From positions 1,338 through 65,337 of IMG/VR virus record IMGVR_UViG_3300042691_028918: a stretch of DNA of 64,000 bases. One strand, 5' to 3'. Under the pieces are notes generated by a model that worked only from the letters and a program-made list of their open reading frames with translations, was not told the origin of the DNA and did not search any database. The translations under genes and the position numbers were made by a program. Positions 20,303-29,310 of this stretch are shown one piece after another. The DNA is from a virus (Duplodnaviria > Caudoviricetes). Numbering within the stretch: position 1 is the stretch's first letter; each line of letters begins with the position of its first letter.

Positions 20303-21140
20303 TTATTATTATTTTTTTATTTTTATCTTTATTGATTCTGTTTATAATATTGTTTGCTATTATTTCATGGCATTTTTTTGAAGGATGATGATCTTTTGGA
20401 GTTTCTATAAAATACTCATAATCAGAATTTATATGTAATTCTATATTTTCATTCATTAAATTTCTAATTGTATTGTACTGCACATTATTATACTCAATCG
20501 GAATAAACCTATCCATAAACCAATCATCATCTCCAAAAAATTTTAAATAATCATTTTCCCAACATAAAAGTAAAACTTTTATACCTTTAGATTCATAAAA
20601 TTGAAGTTCAGATTTTAATTTATTAAATACATTTGTATAATGCATTAATTCCCATTCCTCAAACAAAATATTATTTTCTAATAACCACTCATAAAACATT
20701 TTTGATTCTTCTTCTTCCCAAGGTAAAAATACCCACTTCCGTCCTTTGTGTTCAAACTGAAATTGATTTCTCACAATTTGAGATGTTTGTAAAACTATAT
20801 ATTCTATTTCATCATAAGAAAAAAAATCATCTATTAGATGTGTATGTGCGGTTTGTATACCAAAACATCTTTGCAAATAAACTATACTTGTATCTTCTGA
20901 TCCCCCATTTTGTTTTGAAACAACTTCAAATGTATTAAAGTGATTAGCAACCAATCTGGGATATCGTAGTGTAGCACCGTATCTTTTATGTGCATCGGTT
21001 AATAATGCCGGATTATACGCATCAGGAGGAGGTTCTTTTAGTGTAAATAAATTTGAATAATAATACAAACCCTGTCCCCATGTAAAAGAACATCCTGCAA
21101 AAATAATTCCTTTTGTTATATTATCGTTTATAAACTCCAT
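20283..21140 (-). CDS. SGNH/GDSL-like protein
   Basis: N-terminal 'FAGCSFTWG' and C-terminal 'DHHPSKKCH' (GxS...DxxHP). Confidence 0.55.
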   Translation of the reverse strand: MEFINDNITKGIIFAGCSFTWGQGLYYYSNLFTLKEPPPDAYNPALLTDAHKRYGATLRYPRLVANHFNTFEVVSKQNGGSEDTSIVYLQRCFGIQTAHTHLIDDFFSYDEIEYIVLQTSQIVRNQFQFEHKGRKWVFLPWEEEESKMFYEWLLENNILFEEWELMHYTNVFNKLKSELQFYESKGIKVLLLCWENDYLKFFGDDDWFMDRFIPIEYNNVQYNTIRNLMNENIELHINSDYEYFIETPKDHHPSKKCHEIIANNIINRINKDKNKKIIINDRKIV

Positions 21141-22117
21141 TATTTATTAAATTCCATTTTATGTTCTAAATACCATTCGTATGCTAATTTTAAACCATCT
21201 TCCAGAGAGGTAGATGATTTCCAACCCAACTTATCATAAATCTTATTTGAATCGATTCTACGTATCGGTATCATCGAAGGTTTACCTTTTATGAATTCTA
21301 TTGGAGCATCATAATTAGCAATCTGTTTCATTTTATCCAATACATCTAAAACCGAATACACATCATTGCAGCCAATATTATAAATCTCAAACATTTCAGT
21401 TTCCCTTTCCATTACAATTTGTAATGCTTCAACAAAATCTTCAATATAAAGTAAATCTCTCAATTCAGTACCATCACCCCAAATCGGAATAGGATTCATC
21501 TTATCGGCAACTTTACGAATTGTTGCAGGAGTAACGTGACATTTATCAAAATCGTATTTATCATGTGGACCAAATAAATTTGCCGGCCTGATTACCGTGC
21601 ATTTCATTTTTTCTGGTAAGTATTTTGCATATAATTCACATTGAACCTCTGCGTATCTTTTCATCCAACCAACTGGAAAATAAACAGGATATGGCGCATC
21701 AAATAAGAAATCTTCTTCAGATACAGCCACATCTCCCTTTGGTGGATATACGGTATTTGATGATAAGAAAATGTAATGTTGAACTTTATTTCTCCAACTG
21801 GCATCAATTAAGAAATTATTCATTGCTACATTTGGAGTAACATGTGCCAATGGGTCAACTACGGTATCTACTGCGTTTGATGTACTTGCAGCACAATGGT
21901 AAACTACATCTATTCCTTTGGTTGCTTCCAAACATCCATCATATGTTTTTAAATCAAAATTAACGTATTCTACATCATCGATTGGATTTCTTACACTTCT
22001 TTTATGCAAATTAACTCTAATGTGTTTATATCCTTCTTTATATAATCGGTTTGTTAAGTTTTGTCCTACTAATCCGGAACCACCTGTTATTAGTATTTTT
22101 GAATCTTTATTTATCAT
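21140..22117 (-). CDS. Extended SDR, GDP-fucose synthase-like epimerase/reductase
   Basis: TGGSGLVG, 'RPANLFGPHD', 'IWGDGTELRDLLYIED'. The YxxxK position reads VGWMK. Confidence 0.8.
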   Translation of the reverse strand: MINKDSKILITGGSGLVGQNLTNRLYKEGYKHIRVNLHKRSVRNPIDDVEYVNFDLKTYDGCLEATKGIDVVYHCAASTSNAVDTVVDPLAHVTPNVAMNNFLIDASWRNKVQHYIFLSSNTVYPPKGDVAVSEEDFLFDAPYPVYFPVGWMKRYAEVQCELYAKYLPEKMKCTVIRPANLFGPHDKYDFDKCHVTPATIRKVADKMNPIPIWGDGTELRDLLYIEDFVEALQIVMERETEMFEIYNIGCNDVYSVLDVLDKMKQIANYDAPIEFIKGKPSMIPIRRIDSNKIYDKLGWKSSTSLEDGLKLAYEWYLEHKMEFNK

Positions 22118-23049
22118 AAATTGTTTTTATAATGTTTATATGTTATTTTTAATGCATCTTTAAATCCTGTGTTTGGTAATAATCCTATTTGTTTTTGTTT
22201 CGTAGTATCCATCTGTCTACGAGTATCACCATTTGGTTTTGTACTATCCCATACTATTTCTAATTTTTTATCACTAATTTCAATTACATTTTCTATCATA
22301 GATTTTATTGTAATTTCTTCACCACTTCCAAAGTTAATTACATCGTGTATTTTATTTTCGTATAATTTTAATATCGCATCGGCAACATCGCCAGCATATA
22401 CAAAATCCCTAATTGGTGAACCATCACCCCATGCTTCTATAAAATCTTTATCGGATTCATATACCTTTTTAATAGTTGAAGCAATTACAGTACCATTTCC
22501 ACTAAAATCATCATATTCACCAAATATATTGGCAGGTCTTAATATAGCATAGTTTTTATAATTATATTGTATTTTAGATGCTTCTAACAATAGTTCACTC
22601 ATTCGTTTACTCCAACTAGGATACCAATCTGCATCAGAAGGTAAAGTTTTCCAAACACTATCCTCAATAAATTTTTCAGCTGGGGAGTATACTCCAACGG
22701 AACTAACAAATATCAACCAAATATTATTTTTTGCACACTCATTTATAATCTCCGTATTTATTTTAAAAGATGGATATAAAAAATCGTATGGTTCATTTTT
22801 TGCACGCATAGGTGAACCCTTTATACCAAATGCATTAAAAACTACATCGGGACTTTCAAAAAAGAATAAATTTTTTATATTATCCGATAAAGTCAAATCC
22901 ATTTCGTAGAATGTAAATTTTTCCGAAATGGGTAAATGCTTTGAATGCCTAATATCTGCACCAATCACTTCATAACCTTTTTCTAAACATTTTTTAACCA
23001 AATGAATACCAACTAATCCACTACATCCTGTTATTAAAACTTTTTTCAT
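22114..23049 (-). CDS. Extended SDR, GDP-fucose synthase-like epimerase/reductase
   Basis: TGCSGLVG, 'RPANIFGEYD', 'WGDGSPIRDFVYAGD', 'WDSTKPNG'. The YxxxK position reads PSWSK. Confidence 0.8.
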   Translation of the reverse strand: MKKVLITGCSGLVGIHLVKKCLEKGYEVIGADIRHSKHLPISEKFTFYEMDLTLSDNIKNLFFFESPDVVFNAFGIKGSPMRAKNEPYDFLYPSFKINTEIINECAKNNIWLIFVSSVGVYSPAEKFIEDSVWKTLPSDADWYPSWSKRMSELLLEASKIQYNYKNYAILRPANIFGEYDDFSGNGTVIASTIKKVYESDKDFIEAWGDGSPIRDFVYAGDVADAILKLYENKIHDVINFGSGEEITIKSMIENVIEISDKKLEIVWDSTKPNGDTRRQMDTTKQKQIGLLPNTGFKDALKITYKHYKNNL

Positions 23050-25601
23050 TATATTAATTTTATTTTATGAGGTGTTCCATTATCAAAATTCATAAGACTC
23101 AATATCCAATCTCTATCTGATGTATCTTTTGTAATATCAATTGAATATTGATGATTTTTTTGAAACCTATCTCTATTATTTTTATAAAAATCAATAAAGA
23201 ATTGTTTATTATCATTTATACGTTTTATTTCTTTTACAAATGCAATAAGCCTTTCTTTATGATCTTCTATTGAATCGTAACTGTGATCTATAACATCATC
23301 AAAAAAATCAAAATTGTAATGTTTTTTAATTTCTCTTATATGATGTGGTGATGCCAATATTAATGGAAATTGAAAAGCAACAAAGGGTTTAAAGGATTTT
23401 TCAGAAATATGTATTTCGGTTGTATCAAACTCCGTTTCTGTTGTTATATTTACATATGAGTTTTTATAACTCAATGATTCATATGTTTCTCCCCAATTGA
23501 CATAATTAACATTATCTTCTCTGAACCAATTTTTATCTTCTTCATAAAAACTTTTCTTTTGATTAATGTTTATAAAATACATCATATCATCCAACATATC
23601 AACCATATCTTCTTTGCTCAAACATGCACCATATAATCCTTCCGGATCATTTAAAAATCTTTCCTTTGCATCCCAACCATTTACTAAAGACCAATCCACA
23701 TTATCCAATATGTTATATTTTTTTAAAAATGCTAATAAAGAATATCTGTGTGGTCTTACTCTTCTATTGTGACATAAGAAAAATTTACCGTTTTTATTTG
23801 GTTCATATTTTAAATCTGGCATAACACCCATCATTGCCAATGCAATATGTGTTCTAACCTTTGATGTAGAAAAAACATTTATATCACTTTGTAATTCATT
23901 TTTATAATCATTCATTCTAATATTATTATTTGCCATGAATAATTGTTTTTGATTCAAATTATTAAATTGTGTCCAAAGATGAACAGTTCTAAAACATTTG
24001 AAACTTTCCCACTCTTGTTCGTTGGCAACTACTACATTAAAATTACGATTTGATTTCCACAAGTCTATAACCTGTTGTGGCATTGGTAAATTATGATCTC
24101 TAATTTTATCACCTATTTTGTTCGGAGTTAAAGTTATAAAATAATAAAACTTTCTATTAGGATAATTTACAACATCATTTAGATGGTAACGTTTTATTCT
24201 ATCTTCAGGAAACCCCAACGATCTAACAAATGAATCCAAATTCATAAGAAAAGAATCTGTATAAATTTCTTTACAATTCATGTGTGCAGGATATTGTAAC
24301 TCATCATCCCAATTATCATATACTAAATGTAAAAAATCAGATTCGGTTTGTGGATTTATTGATGCCAACGATTTGAAAAAATCATAATCATACTTATTAA
24401 AGTAATTTGAAAGTATTTCAAAATTTTTTACAAATCTATCTTTATTGTTTTTATAGAATTCAATAAAAAACTCTTTATTATCATTTATACTTTTTATTAA
24501 CTCTACAATTTTAAATAATCTGGTTCTATTATCTCGTATATCATCGTAACTGTGATCTATAACATCATCGAAAAAATCAAAATCTGGATAAGCTTCTCTA
24601 AAATATTTTATATGATTGTAAGAAGCAACAAATATTGGAAACTGATAATAAAAAAATGGTTTAAATGATTTTTCTGTTATATGAATATCCTCACTTTCAA
24701 AATTTGTTTCAGTTGTAATATTAAAATATGAATTTTCATATGTATTTGCTACAACGGGCAATCTTTGTACAACTCTATCATCCAATTCTTCATATTCCGT
24801 TTCGTATTTACTTTTTTTAATTTCTATTGATAGTAAATGATTTATTTCTTTTATATGATTTAAAATATCATCTACGTTAAAAATATTTTTGAGACTGTAT
24901 ATGTTGTTAAAATACCATCCGCCAATTAAAGACCAATTTATATCGGCATCTAATAATTTTTCTTTCATTAAAATACTTAATAAACAATATCTGTGACTTC
25001 TTGGTGTCCTATTATGGCATAAGAAAAATGGACCATTTTTATGTGATTTGTATCTTATTCTATCACTGGCTCTTAACGATACGGACATTGAACGACTTGT
25101 GTGAATGTTTATACTTGCATTCAATTCATTTTTATATTCTAATAATTTTTCGTTATTATTTATAAACCAAACTTGTTTTGGATTTATTCCTAAATTTTTA
25201 ACTATTTCATCCAAATATTGCAAAGAACGTTTTTCTTCAAATTCGCACTCATTCATTAATAGTAAATGAAAATTACTATTTGTTTTTAACAGATTGATTA
25301 TTTTTTTATCAATTGGTAAAATTCCGTTTGCAAAAAATCTATTTAATAAAGAATTTCTATTCCAAACATGGTAGTAAAATATTTCATTTGGATTATCTAT
25401 TACATCTTGTATTTTTCTTGGATTGATTACTACACCATCAAATACTCCCATTGGACTAGTCGATATCACCCAAGATGAATTTATATCATCATATGGTAAT
25501 TCATAATCCTTAAATCTATTTGGATTGGGAGTATTTGTTTCAATATCCCAATCATCAAATACGAAATTGATTTTAAAATTTTCTACTAAAATACTACCCA
25601 T
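23049..25601 (-). CDS. Tandem-duplicated putative glycosyltransferase-like protein
   Basis: Two homologous halves, each with 'FLCHNR..R.HRY', 'NITTET.F....IHI.EKSFKPF...QFP' and 'FDFFDDVIDHSYD'. Start probably at ATG 25601 rather than 25625. Confidence 0.55.
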   Translation of the reverse strand: MGSILVENFKINFVFDDWDIETNTPNPNRFKDYELPYDDINSSWVISTSPMGVFDGVVINPRKIQDVIDNPNEIFYYHVWNRNSLLNRFFANGILPIDKKIINLLKTNSNFHLLLMNECEFEEKRSLQYLDEIVKNLGINPKQVWFINNNEKLLEYKNELNASINIHTSRSMSVSLRASDRIRYKSHKNGPFFLCHNRTPRSHRYCLLSILMKEKLLDADINWSLIGGWYFNNIYSLKNIFNVDDILNHIKEINHLLSIEIKKSKYETEYEELDDRVVQRLPVVANTYENSYFNITTETNFESEDIHITEKSFKPFFYYQFPIFVASYNHIKYFREAYPDFDFFDDVIDHSYDDIRDNRTRLFKIVELIKSINDNKEFFIEFYKNNKDRFVKNFEILSNYFNKYDYDFFKSLASINPQTESDFLHLVYDNWDDELQYPAHMNCKEIYTDSFLMNLDSFVRSLGFPEDRIKRYHLNDVVNYPNRKFYYFITLTPNKIGDKIRDHNLPMPQQVIDLWKSNRNFNVVVANEQEWESFKCFRTVHLWTQFNNLNQKQLFMANNNIRMNDYKNELQSDINVFSTSKVRTHIALAMMGVMPDLKYEPNKNGKFFLCHNRRVRPHRYSLLAFLKKYNILDNVDWSLVNGWDAKERFLNDPEGLYGACLSKEDMVDMLDDMMYFININQKKSFYEEDKNWFREDNVNYVNWGETYESLSYKNSYVNITTETEFDTTEIHISEKSFKPFVAFQFPLILASPHHIREIKKHYNFDFFDDVIDHSYDSIEDHKERLIAFVKEIKRINDNKQFFIDFYKNNRDRFQKNHQYSIDITKDTSDRDWILSLMNFDNGTPHKIKLI

Positions 25602-26218
25602 TTTCCTGTTCCGTAATGCGGCCATTTGTTTGAATAATTATACCATATAACATCTCCCGGTACTTCTCTTTTTTTACCACCCCAAGTATCTATTGTTGGT
25701 GTATATGTTGATACTCCGTTATCTTCTACAACAAAAGTTATTGGCAAATTTAAATTAGAAACGTATTTATGCATTTCATAAAACCCACCCGTTTCAAATG
25801 CCATATCACCAATAAAACACCAAACCCTATCATCTTTACCATCTTTTTTATTTGCAATGGCAACACCAACTGCAATTGGAATAATTGCACCAACGATGGC
25901 ACTTGCATAAAATTTATCCGATTTATTAACAATTGTTATACTTCTACCAGCTAATATTTCATCTTCTAACCATTTTGGAGAAATACCTTTTAACAATGCA
26001 TGATAGTGGGATCTCCATGTAGAAAAAACCCAATCAGTCGATTTAACTCTTTTAAATATTTCAATTAACTGTTCTTCGTTTCCGTTTGATAAATGAACAG
26101 GTCCTTGTATTTTTCCACTTTCCCAATGTTCAGCTATTAGATTTTCAAAATCAATTAAATTTTGTTTTGTTAAATCTATATCTCTTACTATCGGATATTG
26201 TTCTAAATTTTTAATCAT
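25586..26218 (-). CDS. ThDP-dependent enzyme, diphosphate-binding (E1-alpha-like) subunit, short form
   Basis: 'GPVHLSNGNE', 'STWRSHYH' and the ThDP/Mg motif 'GDMAFETG...EDN'. 210 aa. Confidence 0.85.
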   Translation of the reverse strand: MIKNLEQYPIVRDIDLTKQNLIDFENLIAEHWESGKIQGPVHLSNGNEEQLIEIFKRVKSTDWVFSTWRSHYHALLKGISPKWLEDEILAGRSITIVNKSDKFYASAIVGAIIPIAVGVAIANKKDGKDDRVWCFIGDMAFETGGFYEMHKYVSNLNLPITFVVEDNGVSTYTPTIDTWGGKKREVPGDVIWYNYSNKWPHYGTGKWVVF

Positions 26219-26763
26219 TATCTATCTCTTTTTTGTAATATTGGTTTATTCGTCGGCCATTCTATTTGAAATTCTGGATCGTTCCATTTCACTACCTTTT
26301 GACCATCTACATCTATATATGTTCCATTATAAAATAAATTATAATGAAATACACAATCCGTTAGTGCATAGTGTCCATTTGCAAATCCCGGAGGAACTAT
26401 TACCTGGTTTCTCAATCTTTCCGATATTATGAAAGATTCCCATTCACCATATGTAGGCGAATCTAATCTCATATCTAGAACTACTAAATATATATCACCA
26501 ACTACTGCCTGTACTAGTTTCCACGTTTTATAATCGTAATGTAATCCTCTCAATACTCCTTTATATGAACGAGAAAATCTACCATGAATTGATAATTCTT
26601 CTTTACTGTGGTGAACTTGATTCATTACGGGATGTTCTTCGGATTGAAAAGTTGTCCATATTTCACCTCTATATTCTCTAAATACAGATGGTTGATATAT
26701 TGAAACTTCATATCCAAACTTTTTTGATGGAGTTATTTGAAACTCATTCCATTTATTACTCAT
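26218..26763 (-). CDS. rmlC: dTDP-4-dehydrorhamnose 3,5-epimerase family (RmlC-like cupin)
   Basis: 'SRSYKGVLRGLHY...KLVQAVVGDIYLVVLDMRLDSPTYGEW...VPPGFANGH...WNDP...IEWP'. Confidence 0.85.
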   Translation of the reverse strand: MSNKWNEFQITPSKKFGYEVSIYQPSVFREYRGEIWTTFQSEEHPVMNQVHHSKEELSIHGRFSRSYKGVLRGLHYDYKTWKLVQAVVGDIYLVVLDMRLDSPTYGEWESFIISERLRNQVIVPPGFANGHYALTDCVFHYNLFYNGTYIDVDGQKVVKWNDPEFQIEWPTNKPILQKRDR

Positions 26764-27371
26764 ATAAAAGATTTTTCTTTTTTTGAATTAAAAAAATTAG
26801 AATTTTTACATATTTCTTCACATATTAAATTTGCAAAGTGATTATATTTTTCTAAATTTATATGTGGAATATTATATGGATTCCAATTTATACCTTCCGA
26901 TATAAAATTCCATTCCGCCAACATTCTATTCCCATTATCGGATATTTTATGCTTTATTGTTTTTAAATAATTAGCAGCTGCCCACCAAAAATTTCCACCA
27001 TAAATATATTCACTCCAAAATGGTATACCCATAAGACATCCTGATGTATTAAATCCGTTTTTTAGAATTTTTAAATGAAATTTATAATTATCAATAACTT
27101 CCGTTTCCATCACTTCTCTCCATTCGGTTTTTCCTATTCTAGTATCAGATGCACCTTTTGTGTGAATATATAATATTGTATCATTATCATCAAAACTTTT
27201 TACTTTACTTTGTAATAATTTAAGAGTTGTTAATTCATTTTGGCTTTGTAAAACTTGAGATTTTATGTAAATAAATTCATCATTTATTTTATTATAAATT
27301 CTATTTTTTTGCTCCTTTGCAATTTTTATTCCAGCTGAAGAAGGCCATATGTGATGAAATATATAAATCAT
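26760..27371 (-). CDS. Hypothetical glycan-related protein (YxHTKG...GNFWWA family)
   Basis: 'ILYIHTKGA' and 'YGGNFWWAAANYL...RMLAEW'. ATG at 27371 avoids the long overlap with the upstream SDR. Confidence 0.5.
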   Translation of the reverse strand: MIYIFHHIWPSSAGIKIAKEQKNRIYNKINDEFIYIKSQVLQSQNELTTLKLLQSKVKSFDDNDTILYIHTKGASDTRIGKTEWREVMETEVIDNYKFHLKILKNGFNTSGCLMGIPFWSEYIYGGNFWWAAANYLKTIKHKISDNGNRMLAEWNFISEGINWNPYNIPHINLEKYNHFANLICEEICKNSNFFNSKKEKSFI

Positions 27372-27375
27372 TATT

Positions 27376-28347
27376 TTAAAAATTTTGCGCATAACCCAGA
27401 GGAAATCCATTTCTAAATTCTGCTCCCATTTTTGGAACAATCATTTGATATCCTTGGATTAATTGTTTAATACCTTTATCTAAATCCCACATAGGCATCC
27501 ACCCAGTTGCTTCTATTTTCTCATTAGAAACAATATAGTTGCGTTTATCCGGGTCTTCATAATAATCGTTATAAGATATTGCGAAATCTTTCACATGTGT
27601 TTGTATCTTCTCTAATAACTCCTGCTTTGAAAGATTTGCGGAACTCAACCCCACATTAAACACTTCGCACTTATATTTTTGATAATTTTCTAACATAAAA
27701 AGAAATGCAGATGCCACATCTTCGACGTGAATAAAATTTCTTTTAAAATTCTTTTCAAAAACAACAATGTATTTATCGGTGATTGCTTTATAAGTAAAAT
27801 CATTAACCAATAAATCCGTTCTCATTCTTGGTGAAACGCCGAACACGGTTGCTAAACGGAATATGATTGCATCGGTTGTTGTTCTCAAAAAGTTTTCAGC
27901 ATCGCATTTTGTTTGCCCATAAACGGATATCGGTGTTAGTGGTGATTCTTCGGTACATTCAGTTTGCCCTTCTGCAATTCCATACCCGCTATTTGTATTT
28001 GGGTATAATATTTTTTTATTTTTACCGTTTGTAAACTTAACTATATTTACGATTTGGTCAAAGTTTATTTCCTTTGCTAATTTTGGATCAGATGCACATG
28101 CTGGAAATCCAACAATTGCTGCAAGTGGAATTATTACATCACACTCATTACATAATTTTTCTAATAAATGCGAATCACGCACATCACCATAAATAAAAGT
28201 AAAATTAGGATTTGATGTGTATTGTAAAAGGGATGTTTGATTAAATAAAAGTTTATCTAGTACTACGACTTCATAACCTTCATTTAACATTTTACCAACA
28301 ATAACAGAACCCAAATATCCGGCCCCACCTGTAATTAAAATTTTCAT
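27376..28347 (-). CDS. NAD-dependent nucleotide-sugar epimerase/dehydratase (extended SDR)
   Basis: TGGAGYLG, 'LAAIVG', catalytic YGQTK and 'RLATVFGVSPRMRTDLLVN'. Confidence 0.9.
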   Translation of the reverse strand: MKILITGGAGYLGSVIVGKMLNEGYEVVVLDKLLFNQTSLLQYTSNPNFTFIYGDVRDSHLLEKLCNECDVIIPLAAIVGFPACASDPKLAKEINFDQIVNIVKFTNGKNKKILYPNTNSGYGIAEGQTECTEESPLTPISVYGQTKCDAENFLRTTTDAIIFRLATVFGVSPRMRTDLLVNDFTYKAITDKYIVVFEKNFKRNFIHVEDVASAFLFMLENYQKYKCEVFNVGLSSANLSKQELLEKIQTHVKDFAISYNDYYEDPDKRNYIVSNEKIEATGWMPMWDLDKGIKQLIQGYQMIVPKMGAEFRNGFPLGYAQNF

Positions 28348-28364
28348 AACCTATTAAAATACTT

Positions 28365-28394
28365 TTTGTACTATAATATAATTATATATATTAG
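28365..28394 (+). promoter_or_regulatory. Bacteroidota-type promoter-like motif in the divergent intergenic region
   Basis: TTTG (28365-28368), 18 nt spacer, TATATTAG (28387-28394), upstream of ATG 28422. Confidence 0.35.
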
Positions 28395-28421
28395 TTATTA
28401 AGTAAATAAATGTAAAAAAGT

Positions 28422-29162
28422 ATGAACAAAAAAAAGGTTTTGGTAGCTAGTGGATGTAGTTTTACAGCATACCCCGATTGCTGGCCATCCCAAATAAAAG
28501 AAAAATATAATTTAGAATTGGTAAATGGTGGAGCCGGGTCACAAGGAAATGCATTGATTGCTAGAAAAGTAATTGCATATGTGCAAGATTTAATAAATAT
28601 AAAAGGATATCATCCGGATGAAATTATAGTAGGTGTAATGTGGTCTGGAATAGATAGAGCAGATAGATATGTTGATGGTGGTGATATGTTTATAGGTCCA
28701 CCATTTACCCCCGAAAGTCCAACCGCAATAATCGATAATAGGAGAAATTGGAGAATTATGAATGTACATTGGCAAACATCGGAAGATTGTAAACAATGGT
28801 ATAGGATATTTAATCATGGCGTATCATCAATGGTATATACATTAGAACACATATTAAGAGTACAGATGTATTTGGATAAATTGGGTATAAAATATTTTAT
28901 GACAACGTATATGGATATGTGGATACATGATTTTATTAGACATGCTGAAGTGGCCTATTTGTGGGATATGGTGGATTGGAAAAAGTTTTTACCTGTAAAA
29001 GGGTGTTATGAGTGGGTAGATGAAAATTATCCAATTGATGGATTTAAACCTGCGGAACCAAATGGTTGGAGAGATCAACATCCAACTCCGTTTGGACAAG
29101 AAAGATTTGCACATGAAGTTATAGTACCATTTATTGAAGAAAATAAATTAATAAACAACTAA
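28422..29162 (+). CDS. SGNH/GDSL-like protein
   Basis: 'VASGCSFTA', 'GAGSQGN', 'VMWSGIDR' and C-terminal 'DQHPTPFGQ'. Confidence 0.55.
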   Translation: MNKKKVLVASGCSFTAYPDCWPSQIKEKYNLELVNGGAGSQGNALIARKVIAYVQDLINIKGYHPDEIIVGVMWSGIDRADRYVDGGDMFIGPPFTPESPTAIIDNRRNWRIMNVHWQTSEDCKQWYRIFNHGVSSMVYTLEHILRVQMYLDKLGIKYFMTTYMDMWIHDFIRHAEVAYLWDMVDWKKFLPVKGCYEWVDENYPIDGFKPAEPNGWRDQHPTPFGQERFAHEVIVPFIEENKLINN

Positions 29163-29163
29163 T

Positions 29164-29289
29164 ATGAAGAAAATTTTTATAGTTTCTTTTTTTATAAATT
29201 TATACAAAAAGTATAAATTAAAACAAGAGTTTAAAAAAAAGTTAAAAGAATTAAAAAAAAGAGACCCATTCGTTTATAAAAATTTCTAA
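29164..29289 (+). CDS. Small basic hypothetical protein (41 aa, not in ORF track)
   Basis: Translates as MKKIFIVSFFINLYKKYKLKQEFKKKLKELKKRDPFVYKNF*. Starts 1 nt after the previous stop and fills the gap. Confidence 0.65.
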   Translation: MKKIFIVSFFINLYKKYKLKQEFKKKLKELKKRDPFVYKNF

Positions 29290-29299
29290 AATTTTAGGA

Positions 29300-29307
29300 T
29301 ATTTATA
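29300..29307 (+). promoter_or_regulatory. Putative late promoter TATTTATA
   Basis: The same motif recurs upstream of 36561, 39513, 46982, 47994, 52162, 55237 and 61616. Confidence 0.55.
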
Positions 29308-29310
29308 TGT

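Noticed and set aside
19766-26218. E1 alpha/beta-like genes as a pyruvate dehydrogenase auxiliary metabolic module
   Set aside because: Both are much shorter than PDH subunits, no E2/E3 is present, and the context is nucleotide-sugar biosynthesis.
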